A DNA stretch of 64,000 nt from Longimicrobiales bacterium (GCA_965248195.1 CBDFIQ010000002.1:1632001-1696000); one strand, 5' to 3'. Shown: positions 20,074-30,046, counted from the stretch's first letter. Made by a program: numbers and translations. Notes: generated by a model from the letters alone, not told the origin.

Positions 20074-21717
20074 GCGCCCCGCCCCGACCATCCTCGCGAA
20101 CTCGGACCACGCAACCGGCGGCCCGTGGATCGGAACGATCGTCTCGACGTCGAGCCCGAGGCGCTGGACGTGGCCCAACAGCGTTTGATTGGCCGGCGTA
20201 GCCTCAGTCGGAGGTGGATCGCTGGGGCCCGGTGAGTCGAAGAGATCGGCCTCGATCAGGATTCGCTCGCTCGGGAGATAGGCGATCAGCATACCCTCGC
20301 CGTGCGCGAGCGGGTGCACGTAGGAGATGTGCATCGAGCGCTCCCCGTCGTTGAGCCAGTAGTTCTCCCGCACGGTCTCGTACTGATAGCCCTCGGCGAG
20401 CTCCGTGGGTGGCCAAAGTGAGACCATGTCGGGGGCGAGCGTCCGCGGCGCGTAGTTGAGCACGTCGCGCGTGTAGAAGTCGTAATTCTTCCATTGTGTG
20501 ATGATCGTGGCGCCGATGTGCATGTACGTCCGGAGCCCACCGATGTGGTCGTGATGCTGGTGCGTGTTCACGAGGAACCGGATCGGCTTGTCCGGTGCGA
20601 GGCGTGCGACCTCGTCGATGACGGCGAGGCTACGCCGCTCGTCCAGGGGAGCTTCCACGACCGCCAGGTAGTCTTCGAACTCGATGGCCACGCTGTTGTG
20701 TGACGACCCCCCGAGGAGCCACACGCCGTTGGCCAGCTCCCGGGTGGTGACCACGGTCGGAAACTCGGCCTGTCGCACCACGTCCGGGACCCTGACAGGG
20801 TCGCCGCAGTCGTTCGCCCGGATGTCGGCCTGCGTTCCGCCGAACGCGTTGTGGCCGGCGTTGACGCTCTGGGCCTGGTAGTTGTCGTCCCATCCCTCGT
20901 GCTGGTGCCAACCCGTGGGAAAGCGCACACCGTCACCGATATCGATGTAGCTCGCGTTGGTGAACTCGTGCTCGTAGTTCATGTCGCCCAGCACGGGATC
21001 GGGCACCCAGGTGTGGATGCGCTGGAGCATATTCTCGCTGTTGATCGTAGCGTCCACCCTGTATCTCCCAAGGACGGTGATCGAGACGATGGTGACTTTT
21101 TCCGGCACCGTAGTCGCGCCGTCCCGACCCATCTCCCCCAGCTCCCACCGCCAAGTCGCACTCGGATTGGCGCCGGGCATCATCGCCGCTTTGAGGAAGC
21201 CGTGGGGGTTGAGCCACATGTCGAGCTGCCACCGTTCCGCGTCCTCGGGCGGTGCGGCAACGGGATCGCTTCCCGGCCCATCGATGTGCCACCCATACTC
21301 TCCGTTGACTACAAAACGTTGGCGCGTATTTCGTTGGATGGGTGTCCCGCCACGCCACCCGAGTCCGTGCTTCCACGACGCGGGGTTGTTGCCCGGCTCA
21401 CGGTCGAATTCCTCGATCATGGTGCCGGCGTCCCAGTTCATGGTCCGCGTGTAGTTGGTCAGCGGCCCGCCCCGCGGCCAATCCACTTCGTAACCGTTCA
21501 GCCGCTGCTGGCCCACCATGCCGGCATAGGCGGATCCCGAGATCGCCACGCAGCGCAGGTTGGTGACGCCGATCGCTTCGGCTGCGGCACGCAGGATGGG
21601 GCCCGGATCCAGATAACCCGGCGGTAGATCTTGGGCGGTGGCCGGTGCACAGACGGAGAGGGCTAGCGAGAGGCTGGCGACTCGGATGGAGTTGGATGCG
21701 AGGAGGCTCATAGACAT
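20071..21717 (-). CDS. Secreted MBL-fold metallo-hydrolase with large N-terminal domain
   Basis: Signal peptide; THQHHDHIGG, HGEGML, EADLF, PIHG. Confidence 0.88.
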   Translation of the reverse strand: MSMSLLASNSIRVASLSLALSVCAPATAQDLPPGYLDPGPILRAAAEAIGVTNLRCVAISGSAYAGMVGQQRLNGYEVDWPRGGPLTNYTRTMNWDAGTMIEEFDREPGNNPASWKHGLGWRGGTPIQRNTRQRFVVNGEYGWHIDGPGSDPVAAPPEDAERWQLDMWLNPHGFLKAAMMPGANPSATWRWELGEMGRDGATTVPEKVTIVSITVLGRYRVDATINSENMLQRIHTWVPDPVLGDMNYEHEFTNASYIDIGDGVRFPTGWHQHEGWDDNYQAQSVNAGHNAFGGTQADIRANDCGDPVRVPDVVRQAEFPTVVTTRELANGVWLLGGSSHNSVAIEFEDYLAVVEAPLDERRSLAVIDEVARLAPDKPIRFLVNTHQHHDHIGGLRTYMHIGATIITQWKNYDFYTRDVLNYAPRTLAPDMVSLWPPTELAEGYQYETVRENYWLNDGERSMHISYVHPLAHGEGMLIAYLPSERILIEADLFDSPGPSDPPPTEATPANQTLLGHVQRLGLDVETIVPIHGPPVAWSEFARMVGAGR

Positions 21718-21822
21718 GGTCCTTGGCGAGGGTCCAGTGGGCAGGGTTCGACCGATTGAGAATGGCACACGGAGGTCGCCGGCGCTACGCGTGGCTCCGG
21801 GGAGGAGTCGCCACCTGAGATC

Positions 21823-21858
21823 CTTGCAGCTCCCGCGCCTTAGACACATTTTGTCCGC
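21823..21858 (+). promoter_or_regulatory. Third copy of the kinase-type promoter element, upstream of the tauE-cuyA-like operon
   Basis: CTTGCAG-N17-CATTTT-GTCCGC; TAGACACATTTTGTCCGC is 17/18 identical to 35230-35247. Confidence 0.55.
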
Positions 21859-21965
21859 GAGGTGACTCCCATCGGCTTCGTCGGCGATGGTGGCGAGAGG
21901 TGACCCAGATAATCCTCCGATGGCCTCGCCCAGATTCACCAGCTCATCGAAGGATGGGCGAAGCG

Positions 21966-22751
21966 ATGGGAAGGGAGCGAGCCATAGGAGCTATCGGGCT
22001 GATGGACTGGGTTCAGCTGGGCTTGGTTACCGTGCTCGCAGCGGCGGTGCAGGGCGCCGTCGGATTCGCGTTCACGCTGCTGGCCGTCTCCTTCTTCCTC
22101 CTCATTCTCCAGTCGGCAGAAGCGATACAGGTCATCGTGGTGCTCAACCTGGTGATCTGCGGTTCGCTGGGCCGTCACCTGTGGAAGGACGTACACCTCG
22201 CGCTCTGGCGCCTCCTCTTGGCGGGAGCGGTTGTCGGGGTGCCGGTGGGCGTCGTGGCCTTCGCGTACGGGAGCCTGTCAGCCATTTACGTGGCCGTGGC
22301 GGTGGTGCTCCTGGGTTTCGCGGTGGTTCTCGGTTGGCAGGGAGCCCCGACGGTCGCCACAGGTTCAGCCCCGTATCGACCCCTGTCCGTCCTCGCGATC
22401 GGAATCGTGGCCGGGGCCATGACGGCGGCCCTCGGCATGCCGGGACCGGTCTTGGTCCTTTATCTCACCGCACTCGGTGTGGACAAAGAAACTTTCCGGG
22501 CCGTGTCGCTCACCTTGTCCGCGGCGCTCTACCTAGCGGTGATACTACTCCAGTCGGCCACGGTGGGGATCCCCGGAAGTGTCTGGATCACCGCCGCCGC
22601 CCTCGTGCCTCTCGCGTGGGCCGGCGCTGCGCTCGGTCACGCCGGCGCCCGGCACATCAACGAGATCCTCTTCCGACGCTTCGTGCTCCTTCTTCTGGCG
22701 GCCACAGGCTCATACATGCTGATCACCACACTCACTTCAACAGACCTCTAA
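21966..22751 (+). CDS. Sulfite exporter TauE/SafE family protein
   Basis: AAVQGAVGFAF and GAMTAALGMPGP repeats; ~8 TM. Start 21966 or 22002. Confidence 0.88.
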   Translation: MGRERAIGAIGLMDWVQLGLVTVLAAAVQGAVGFAFTLLAVSFFLLILQSAEAIQVIVVLNLVICGSLGRHLWKDVHLALWRLLLAGAVVGVPVGVVAFAYGSLSAIYVAVAVVLLGFAVVLGWQGAPTVATGSAPYRPLSVLAIGIVAGAMTAALGMPGPVLVLYLTALGVDKETFRAVSLTLSAALYLAVILLQSATVGIPGSVWITAAALVPLAWAGAALGHAGARHINEILFRRFVLLLLAATGSYMLITTLTSTDL

Positions 22752-22755
22752 GCAT

Positions 22756-23796
22756 ATGCGTTCACTCTCGGACTTCCCCCGGATCGAGCTGGCCCATCGG
22801 CCAACTCCACTGGAGCCCATGCCCAACCTCTCCCGGCTTTTGGGGGGACCAAGCCTGTTCGTGAAGCGGGACGACTGCACGGGTCTCGCAATGGGCGGCA
22901 ACAAGGTCCGTCAGCTCGAGTTCTACTTCGGCGATGCCGTCGAGAAAGGCGCCACCACCGTTCTGATCACCGGAGCTGTTCAGTCCAACTACGTCCGGAC
23001 CGTGGCCGCCGCTGCAGCGAAGCTGGGCCTCGGCTGCCACATCCAGCTCGAAGACCGGGTTTCCGGGATGGGGGAGGTCTACCACGGATCTGGGAACGTC
23101 CTGCTGGATCGACTTCTGGGCGCGCACCTGCACACCTACCCCGAGGGCGAGGACGAAGCAGGGGCCGACAGGGCCCTCGCCGAGATCGCGGCAAAGCTGA
23201 AGGAGCAGGGCGAGCGTCCGTACCTGATCTACCTGTCCGAAGAGCACCAGCCGCTGGGGGCCCTGGGATACGTGGATGCCGCGGCGGAGATCATGCAACA
23301 AGCCGAGCAGATGCAGGGGTCCCTGACAACCATCGTGCTCGCCAGCGGCAGCGCGGCCACCCACGCCGGTATGCTCGTGGGCCTACGAAATCTCGGTCGT
23401 GATGACGTCGCGGTCCACGGGATCTGTGTCCGCCGTGGACGCCACGAGCAGCGAGCACGCGTCGCCCGAATCGTGCGGAAGACGGAGGAGCTCCTGGACT
23501 GTGTTGGCGCCGTCACGGAAGACGAAGTCCTGGTCAATGACGATTTTCTGGGCACGGGGTACGGGCGCCTGACGGAGTCCGGAACCGAGGCTATGCTCTT
23601 GGCCGGCCGAACTGAAGGGCTGCTTCTCGACCCCGTCTACACGGGCAAGGCCTTCGCCGGATTCCTGGATCTCGTGCGACGAGGCGTGGTGGGCTCGGAG
23701 CCCGTCGTCTTTCTGCACACGGGCGGGACACCCGCGCTGTTTGCCTACGGTCCCGAGCTCCTCGAGGCGACCGGGTTTCGGCAGGGAGCCCGATGA
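22756..23796 (+). CDS. PLP-dependent D-cysteine desulfhydrase / L-cysteate sulfo-lyase family enzyme
   Basis: PTPLE, KRDDCTGLAMGGNKVR, GAVQSN, SGSAATHAG, LLDPVYTGK, FLHTGG. Confidence 0.9.
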   Translation: MRSLSDFPRIELAHRPTPLEPMPNLSRLLGGPSLFVKRDDCTGLAMGGNKVRQLEFYFGDAVEKGATTVLITGAVQSNYVRTVAAAAAKLGLGCHIQLEDRVSGMGEVYHGSGNVLLDRLLGAHLHTYPEGEDEAGADRALAEIAAKLKEQGERPYLIYLSEEHQPLGALGYVDAAAEIMQQAEQMQGSLTTIVLASGSAATHAGMLVGLRNLGRDDVAVHGICVRRGRHEQRARVARIVRKTEELLDCVGAVTEDEVLVNDDFLGTGYGRLTESGTEAMLLAGRTEGLLLDPVYTGKAFAGFLDLVRRGVVGSEPVVFLHTGGTPALFAYGPELLEATGFRQGAR

Positions 23797-23810
23797 TTAC
23801 CTGGTCAGTG

Positions 23811-23846
23811 GTGGATGATCACTCGCGGTGTGGATGATCACTCGCG
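23811..23846. repeat. 17-bp direct repeat, 19-bp period, between convergent genes
   Basis: GTGGATGATCACTCGCG at 23811 and 23830. Confidence 0.85.
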
Positions 23847-23868
23847 TTATGGAGCATTGGTGGGTACG

Positions 23869-24366
23869 CTACCGCCCCGCGTCGGGGTTCGCACTGATCA
23901 GAATGTAGTGGAGATCATCTGGCTCAAGCTCTTGTGCCCCTGGGGGATAACTATTCGCACGTAGAACGAAGGCCAGAATGTCTCGGTAGGTTTGCGCCGA
24001 CAGTGTGCCGGGTCGATCGGGCGGCATCTGTTCTTGGATCCGCTCGAACAAGGCGCCCAAAGTGGACCCGCCCCAGAGAAACGCGAAGCTCTGTCCGACG
24101 AGGCTGGGGGAGGTATTGTCACCTCGGAGGTCTGGCGCGTGACACCCGGAGCACGCCGCCGTGTACTGGATTCGGCCACGCTCGGCCTGGGCCTCGTTAT
24201 AGACTCCGCCCCACACGGTACGTTGAACGTCGGCCGGCGTTTCTTGCATGTACGCGGCACTGGCGCTCGCGGGGTGCACGAACGACATAGAGCTTGCGAC
24301 CCAAAGGCCGAACACGAAGGGGAATGGGCCCGGATGAATCCGGCATGGGTGGAGCGAGGCTGTCAT
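23869..24366 (-). CDS. Monoheme cytochrome c
   Basis: GVYNEAQAERG, CSGCH heme motif, MPPDRPG axial Met; start overlaps the PQQ gene stop. Confidence 0.9.
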   Translation of the reverse strand: MTASLHPCRIHPGPFPFVFGLWVASSMSFVHPASASAAYMQETPADVQRTVWGGVYNEAQAERGRIQYTAACSGCHAPDLRGDNTSPSLVGQSFAFLWGGSTLGALFERIQEQMPPDRPGTLSAQTYRDILAFVLRANSYPPGAQELEPDDLHYILISANPDAGR

Positions 24367-26069
24367 CGGCTACCGTCCGGCAACGCAAAGACGTAGATCG
24401 AGTTACCGTGGTTCGGCCGGCGAATCTCTGGGATCAACTCACTTGGAATGAGCGTGGCCCAACTCCCACCGCCGACTCCAGCCGGCACGGCCACGTACTG
24501 CTTTCCATTCGCCAAGTACGTCACGGGAAATCCCTGCGCCGAGGTCACCAGACGCGTCTGCCACAGGATCTCCCCAGTGACTGCATCGTAGGCGTACACA
24601 TAACGATCAAAGTCGCCTGCGAACACGAGGCCGCCGGCCGTCGTGAGTGCGGCCGTATTGATCGGGGACACCGTGCGATGGCGCCACAACGGCTCTCCGG
24701 TCGCGATGTCCAGCGCTTGGAGTTGACCCAGATGGTCCGGGCCGTCGGGATGTCTGTAGTCGGCGCGCCGGACCGGACCGGTCCCGCCCCCACCGATGAC
24801 TCGTTCGGTCGGGCCGAATGTGGCCCGCTCGCAGTTGAGCGTCATGGGGATGTAGAGGGCGTTGGTTTCCGGGTTGAACGCCATTGCGCGCCAGCTCTTG
24901 AACCCGGAAGTGCTCGGGCACATTGTCATCTCGACGCCGATTTCGGGGATCATGTCAGCTAGATATGTGACTTCACCGGTCTCGGGATCGACATCCACGA
25001 TGTTCTGATATCCGAGGTCGGTGGCGTGGATGAAGGCACCGGTCTCTCGATTGAGCTGCCAGAGAATCGCCAGCTTGCCCATCTTGAACAGCGAGGGCTG
25101 CCCTCCTACGTCGATCAGGATGTTCTCGAACCCCTCGTCCATGTCGTTCGTCTCGCCGGGAAGGTGCTGGTAGTACCAGACCAATTCTCCGGTATCGGGA
25201 TCGAGCGCAAGCGTCGAATTAGTATAGAGCGCATCGCCATCGGTACCGCGGACCGACCGGGCCCAGGGCTTGGCCTGAGAGGTGCCCCAGTAGACCAAGT
25301 TGGCTTCCGGGTCATAGCTGCCGGTGATCCACGCGTCGCTCCCGGCCCTGAACTCCAGTGGCAAGTCGCCCCACGTGTCGCCGCCGGACTCGCCGGGAAG
25401 AGCGACGGTCGCCGTTCGCCACTTTTCCTCGCCGGTGTCCGCAGCGAGCCCTACGATGAAACAGACGTCCTCCTTGTAGCGCTCACAGCCGGTGATCCCG
25501 GCGATCACCGTGCCACGCACGACGATCGGGCCGGCCGAGTACTTGTATCCAAGGCCCGAGTCGGCCGTCTCCGTGTCCCACACGACTCGCCCTGTCCTGG
25601 CGTCCAGGGCAACGATATGCGCGCCGCGCGTGGCCCCGAAGATCTTATCACCGTAAATGGCAATACTCTTTTGAGCCCCGATTCCCCCGCCTTCCGCGCC
25701 AGGCTCGACCTCCGGACGATATTCCCAAATCAGATCTCCCGTCGCTGCGTCGAGCGCCTGAATGACGTCGCTGGGGTTCGGCAGATACATGATCCCGTCA
25801 TACACGAGAGGCGTCGTCTCCTGCGGGCCGGACTCGTCCATGGCCCACGACCAAACGAGCTGGAGCTGGCCGACGTTGTCCCCATCGATCTCATCGAGCG
25901 GGCTGTACCCCCACGCGTTGTCGGTGCGCCTCCAGTTGAGCCAGTCGCCTGGAGCAGGGTTGCGTAGCGTCTCCTCGGTAACCGGGTGGAAGTCGGTCAC
26001 CTGCGCCAGGAGGCCGGGGCTCCCCAACAACAGTGCGATAGAAACCGAGACGACGGCGCGCTCTATCAT
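24363..26069 (-). CDS. PQQ-dependent dehydrogenase (alcohol dehydrogenase-like beta-propeller)
   Basis: Signal peptide; GYSPLDEI..NVGQLQLVW, ETTPLVYDG, repeated ALDAxTG..W docking motifs, GKQYVAV. Confidence 0.92.
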   Translation of the reverse strand: MIERAVVSVSIALLLGSPGLLAQVTDFHPVTEETLRNPAPGDWLNWRRTDNAWGYSPLDEIDGDNVGQLQLVWSWAMDESGPQETTPLVYDGIMYLPNPSDVIQALDAATGDLIWEYRPEVEPGAEGGGIGAQKSIAIYGDKIFGATRGAHIVALDARTGRVVWDTETADSGLGYKYSAGPIVVRGTVIAGITGCERYKEDVCFIVGLAADTGEEKWRTATVALPGESGGDTWGDLPLEFRAGSDAWITGSYDPEANLVYWGTSQAKPWARSVRGTDGDALYTNSTLALDPDTGELVWYYQHLPGETNDMDEGFENILIDVGGQPSLFKMGKLAILWQLNRETGAFIHATDLGYQNIVDVDPETGEVTYLADMIPEIGVEMTMCPSTSGFKSWRAMAFNPETNALYIPMTLNCERATFGPTERVIGGGGTGPVRRADYRHPDGPDHLGQLQALDIATGEPLWRHRTVSPINTAALTTAGGLVFAGDFDRYVYAYDAVTGEILWQTRLVTSAQGFPVTYLANGKQYVAVPAGVGGGSWATLIPSELIPEIRRPNHGNSIYVFALPDGSR

Positions 26070-26393
26070 CGGTCGCTCCTCCCATGTGGTTCAACCGGAA
26101 CTGGACACTGTTGCCGGGACCATCGGCCACAGCGTTTGATTCCAACGAGATTGCCGCTGAAGATCGTTGGGGCAGCCGCTACGCCGCAAGCGACTCCGGG
26201 ATCGCATCCCCCGCGAATCGGCAGCAGGAGGTACCCAGCCGGGCGTCTCGCCGGACCGCTGTCCGGTCCGTTCCTTGGTCTCCTTGTCCACGGCGGCTTG
26301 CTGGTCCCGACCCCGCTCCTATATGATACGGCGGGTCCCGGTCCTCCCTCGCCGGGCAACCCATGATCCCGTCAGCCATAGGAGTCCGAACCG

Positions 26394-27749
26394 ATGTCTC
26401 AGAACCTGGCGCTAAATCGCAGAGCGTTCCTCAAGAGTGCGGGAGTGACGGCGGTCCTTGGCGCGGTCGGTGCCAAACCTGCCTCGGCGACCACCGGGAC
26501 GAACGGTGTGCCGCCTACGCTGCTCTATCCGACGTACGACTTCGATGAGGTCTTCGACCGTGTCGGCACCGACTGCAGTAAGTGGGACAGCCCCATCGCG
26601 ACGTACGGGGAGAATATCGAGGTCGGGATGGGAATCGCAGACATGGACTTCCGAGCGGCGCCGTGCGTCACCAAAGCCCTTGCCGAGCGCTGCGCGCACG
26701 AGAATTGGGGCTATCTGAGGAGGCCCGACTCGTACGTCCAATCGATTGTGGACTGGAACAAGCGACGCTACGACCTGGACGTCGATCCGGGCAGCGTCGT
26801 TTTGAACACTGGCGTTCACGCGGGCCTCATCGCCGCATTGCAGACCTTCGCGCCTCCCGGATCCCGGGTGCTTCTGACCGCGCCGGTCTACAGTGGGTTC
26901 TACAGCGATATCCGCTTTACCAGGACCGTGCCCGAAGATAGTCCCATGAAGCTTGTCGACGGGCGCTACTCGATAGACTTCGAGGACTTCGAACGGCGGG
27001 CCCGTCGCACCAACGCGTTCATCCTCTGCAATCCACAGAATCCGACGGGTAACTTGTGGTCCGCGGAGGACATGACGCGGATGGGGGAGATCTGCCTCGA
27101 GCACCGCGTCGTCATGCTCGTCGACGAGATCCATTGCGATTTCGTCAGAAGTGGGGAGCAGTACATACCGTTCGCGAGTCTGCCGAACAAGGAGATCGTG
27201 AACAACAGCATCACGTTCAAGTCGGCGAGTAAGTCGTTTAGTATTTCAGGCATGAAGGCGGCTTGGTACTTCTCGAACAACCAAGACTACATCGAGAGGG
27301 TGAGGGCGAACACCAGAGCGGACTTGAACACGCTCGGCATGGTCGCGACCCGGGCCGCCCTGACCGAGGGGGACGAGTGGCTGGACGAGTCGCTCGTGTA
27401 CCTCGACGGTAATCTCGACTTCGCCGAGACCTACATCAGGGACAACATGCCGCTCGTGAAGTACAAGAAGCCCCGGGGAACCTACCTTGCCTGGCTCGAC
27501 GTCAGTGAGGTCGTCGAGAAGATCGGTGCGAAGAGGACGGCCGCCGAGGAGAGTGCAAGCTCGGAAACAGAAGTGACCCCGGAGAGGATCGTTCAGCGGT
27601 GGTTCGCCGAGCATGCGAGGGTCTACCTGAATCCCGGATCGTCCTACGGCACGGGGGGCGCGGGGCACATGCGCATGAATCTCGCAACCACCCGAGCGCT
27701 CGTGGAACGGGCCCTCGGGAACATGGCGAGCGCGCTAGCGAGGGTGTAG
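26394..27749 (+). CDS. Tat-exported PLP enzyme, MalY/PatB (cystathionine beta-lyase-like)
   Basis: NRRAFLKS twin-arginine leader; IADMDF, LCNPQNPTG, DEIHCD, SASKSF, TYLAWLD, MRMN. Confidence 0.9.
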   Translation: MSQNLALNRRAFLKSAGVTAVLGAVGAKPASATTGTNGVPPTLLYPTYDFDEVFDRVGTDCSKWDSPIATYGENIEVGMGIADMDFRAAPCVTKALAERCAHENWGYLRRPDSYVQSIVDWNKRRYDLDVDPGSVVLNTGVHAGLIAALQTFAPPGSRVLLTAPVYSGFYSDIRFTRTVPEDSPMKLVDGRYSIDFEDFERRARRTNAFILCNPQNPTGNLWSAEDMTRMGEICLEHRVVMLVDEIHCDFVRSGEQYIPFASLPNKEIVNNSITFKSASKSFSISGMKAAWYFSNNQDYIERVRANTRADLNTLGMVATRAALTEGDEWLDESLVYLDGNLDFAETYIRDNMPLVKYKKPRGTYLAWLDVSEVVEKIGAKRTAAEESASSETEVTPERIVQRWFAEHARVYLNPGSSYGTGGAGHMRMNLATTRALVERALGNMASALARV

Positions 27750-27754
27750 AACGC

Positions 27755-27789
27755 TACCGCCCGGCGGGCAGGTGCACCGCCGGGCGGTA
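27755..27789. terminator. 13-bp perfect hairpin between the convergent PLP genes
   Basis: TACCGCCCGGCGG / CCGCCGGGCGGTA; no U-tract. Confidence 0.6.
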
Positions 27790-27839
27790 TCATCATGAAC
27801 GACCGTTGGAGATCCTCAGCTCAACCGCTCTATAGGTCC

Positions 27840-28988
27840 TCAGCTCAAGACGCTACGGAACACCTGGACCGCCTTCTCCATCTCCTCCATCGTACCGAGC
27901 GAAATCCGGGAGTGTGTCTGCTCCATGGGCGGGAAGTCTCGGCCCACGCGTATTTTTTGTTCCAGACACGCCGCCCGGAACTCGCTCGCCGGACGCCCAA
28001 GGTCGAGAAAGATGTGGTTGGTGTGGTTGTCGGGAGCCTTGAACCCCATGTCCCGGAACGCGGCGAGCGTGAACTCACGAACCCGGGCGTTCTCTGCCCG
28101 CTCCTCGTCGATATGTCCCGAATCCGTGATCGACGCCATCGCGGCAGCCGCGGAAAGCGTGTTCATGCTGCCGAGACCCCACGCCGACCTGATCGCACTG
28201 AGGGTCTCGATTTTCCCGATCGCGTAACCGACCCGCAGACCTGCCATCCCATGCGCCTTCGAGAAGGACCGGGTGATAAAGACGTTCGAAAACTCCTGCG
28301 TCAACGGGGCCGCGGTCGTGACCGCCGGGTCGGAGGTATAGTCGATGTAGGCCTCGTCGATCAAGATCTTCGTGGCGGGTGATGCCCGCATCACCCGTCG
28401 GACAAAGGCCTCCACCGCAGTCGCCGGGTGCGCCGTCCCGGTGGGATTGTTCGGGTTGCAGAAGAACACCATGCCCGCCCCGCGCGAGGCGTCCGCCATC
28501 GCATCGATATCCAGGCCCAACGAGCCGTCGACGGGGATCATCTTGATCGGCGCGCCGATCCGACTCGCCGTCTGGTCGGGCCTGCCATAGCTCGGCGCCC
28601 CGGTGACCAGCGGCTTGGTCGCCGAACAGAAGGCGCGGACCGCACCCTCGAGGAGGGCACCCGAGCCCGTGCTCACGACGACATTGTCTTCCTCGACGTG
28701 GTATTTTTCGGCGATCGTCGTTACCAGATCGTTCGTGTGGTCGGGCGGATATCCTCGCCCCGCCCTCACCGAGATCGTTTGGTGCAGCGCCTGCATCGAC
28801 TTCGGGCCAGGGCCCCGGGCGTTCTCATTCGAGCTGATCCGGATGATCCCGTCATCATAGGGCATCTGCTCCGACTCGGGCTCGAACTCGGCCGCTTCCA
28901 GGCCACGGCCGATGATGAACGAGTTGGACAGGATCCCGGCCGTACCCAAGCCGACCGTTTGAGCGAACCCGCGACGTGTCAATGACAT
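27840..28988 (-). CDS. Tat-exported HisC-like class I/II aminotransferase
   Basis: SD GGAGG; TRRGF leader; ISSNEN, CNPNNPTG, DEAY, SFSKAHGMAGLRVG. Confidence 0.9.
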   Translation of the reverse strand: MSLTRRGFAQTVGLGTAGILSNSFIIGRGLEAAEFEPESEQMPYDDGIIRISSNENARGPGPKSMQALHQTISVRAGRGYPPDHTNDLVTTIAEKYHVEEDNVVVSTGSGALLEGAVRAFCSATKPLVTGAPSYGRPDQTASRIGAPIKMIPVDGSLGLDIDAMADASRGAGMVFFCNPNNPTGTAHPATAVEAFVRRVMRASPATKILIDEAYIDYTSDPAVTTAAPLTQEFSNVFITRSFSKAHGMAGLRVGYAIGKIETLSAIRSAWGLGSMNTLSAAAAMASITDSGHIDEERAENARVREFTLAAFRDMGFKAPDNHTNHIFLDLGRPASEFRAACLEQKIRVGRDFPPMEQTHSRISLGTMEEMEKAVQVFRSVLS

Positions 28989-29122
28989 GACATCCTCCCT
29001 GAACCGGCGAAAACCCGGCACCGTGTGGAGCCGGGACTGGCTGACGCTCAGCATCATAACGCCATGGCGGTACAAAATCCAAGATCCTGTGTGGAGCGGT
29101 CCTCCTCAAAGGCGCGCTCCCC

Positions 29123-30046
29123 CTACATCATCCGGCTGATCAGCTTCTTGCCTTGCTCGCTGCTGAGTCCCAGGGGACGGCGCGCGAGGGGGGGAGCGCC
29201 GTCGGCGATGACCATCTCGAGCGAGTCCAGGGAGGGCCGGTCGTTCTCGTGGAACAGCCCGATGTAGATTTCGTCTCCCCACGCCATCGCCTTCTCGCAG
29301 GCCGCCTTCCAGTCGCTGGGGTCGTGTCCTTCGTCTTCAAGCTTCTTGATCCGCGGCTTGAAGAACGCGAAGTCGTTGTCGAGGTTGAAGGTGACACAGG
29401 GACTGAAGACGTCGATGAGCGAAAAGCCCTTGTGCTCGATCCCGTTCTTGATGAGCTCCGTGAGGTGCTTGGGGTCGGCGCTGTACCCCCGAGCGACATA
29501 CGTCGCGCCGTTCATGATCGCGGACGTGATGGGGTTGATGGGATACTCCAGGTTCCCGAAGGGAGTGCTCTTGGTCTTCATCTCGGGGCGGCTGGTGGGA
29601 GAGATCTGGCCCGTGGTAAGGCCATAGATCTGATTGTTCATCACCAGATAGGTGAGGTCGATATTGCGGCGCGCGGTATGCATCAGGTGGTTGCCGCCGA
29701 TGCCGTAGCCGTCACCGTCCCCGCCGGTCGCGATGACGTTGAGCTCGTGGTTCCCCAGCTTGGCTCCTGTCGCCACCGGCAGCGAGCGCCCGTGCAAGGT
29801 GTGCATCCCGTACGCGTTGAGGTAGCCGGGCAGGTTGGATGAGCAGCCGATGCCGCTCACGCACAGGACCTCATGCGGCTTGAGCCCGAGCTCGAAGAGC
29901 GCACGCTGGAGCGAGTTCAGCACTCCGAAGTCTCCGCAGCCGGGACACCAGTCGGGTGCGACCTTACCCTTGAACTCCTTCGCCGACTCGGGGGACCGAG
30001 CAAGCTCGAGGCCGATCATCTCGGCGGTGCTTTCGGCGGTGCTCAT
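29123..30046 (-). CDS. korB: 2-oxoacid:ferredoxin oxidoreductase beta subunit
   Basis: WCPGCGDFG, SGIGCSS, HGR, GGDGD TPP motif, NNQIYGLT, SPCVTFN. Confidence 0.93.
   Translation of the reverse strand: MSTAESTAEMIGLELARSPESAKEFKGKVAPDWCPGCGDFGVLNSLQRALFELGLKPHEVLCVSGIGCSSNLPGYLNAYGMHTLHGRSLPVATGAKLGNHELNVIATGGDGDGYGIGGNHLMHTARRNIDLTYLVMNNQIYGLTTGQISPTSRPEMKTKSTPFGNLEYPINPITSAIMNGATYVARGYSADPKHLTELIKNGIEHKGFSLIDVFSPCVTFNLDNDFAFFKPRIKKLEDEGHDPSDWKAACEKAMAWGDEIYIGLFHENDRPSLDSLEMVIADGAPPLARRPLGLSSEQGKKLISRMM

Noticed and set aside
27840..28988. Biosynthetic hisC
   Set aside because: Tat leader and no his operon context.
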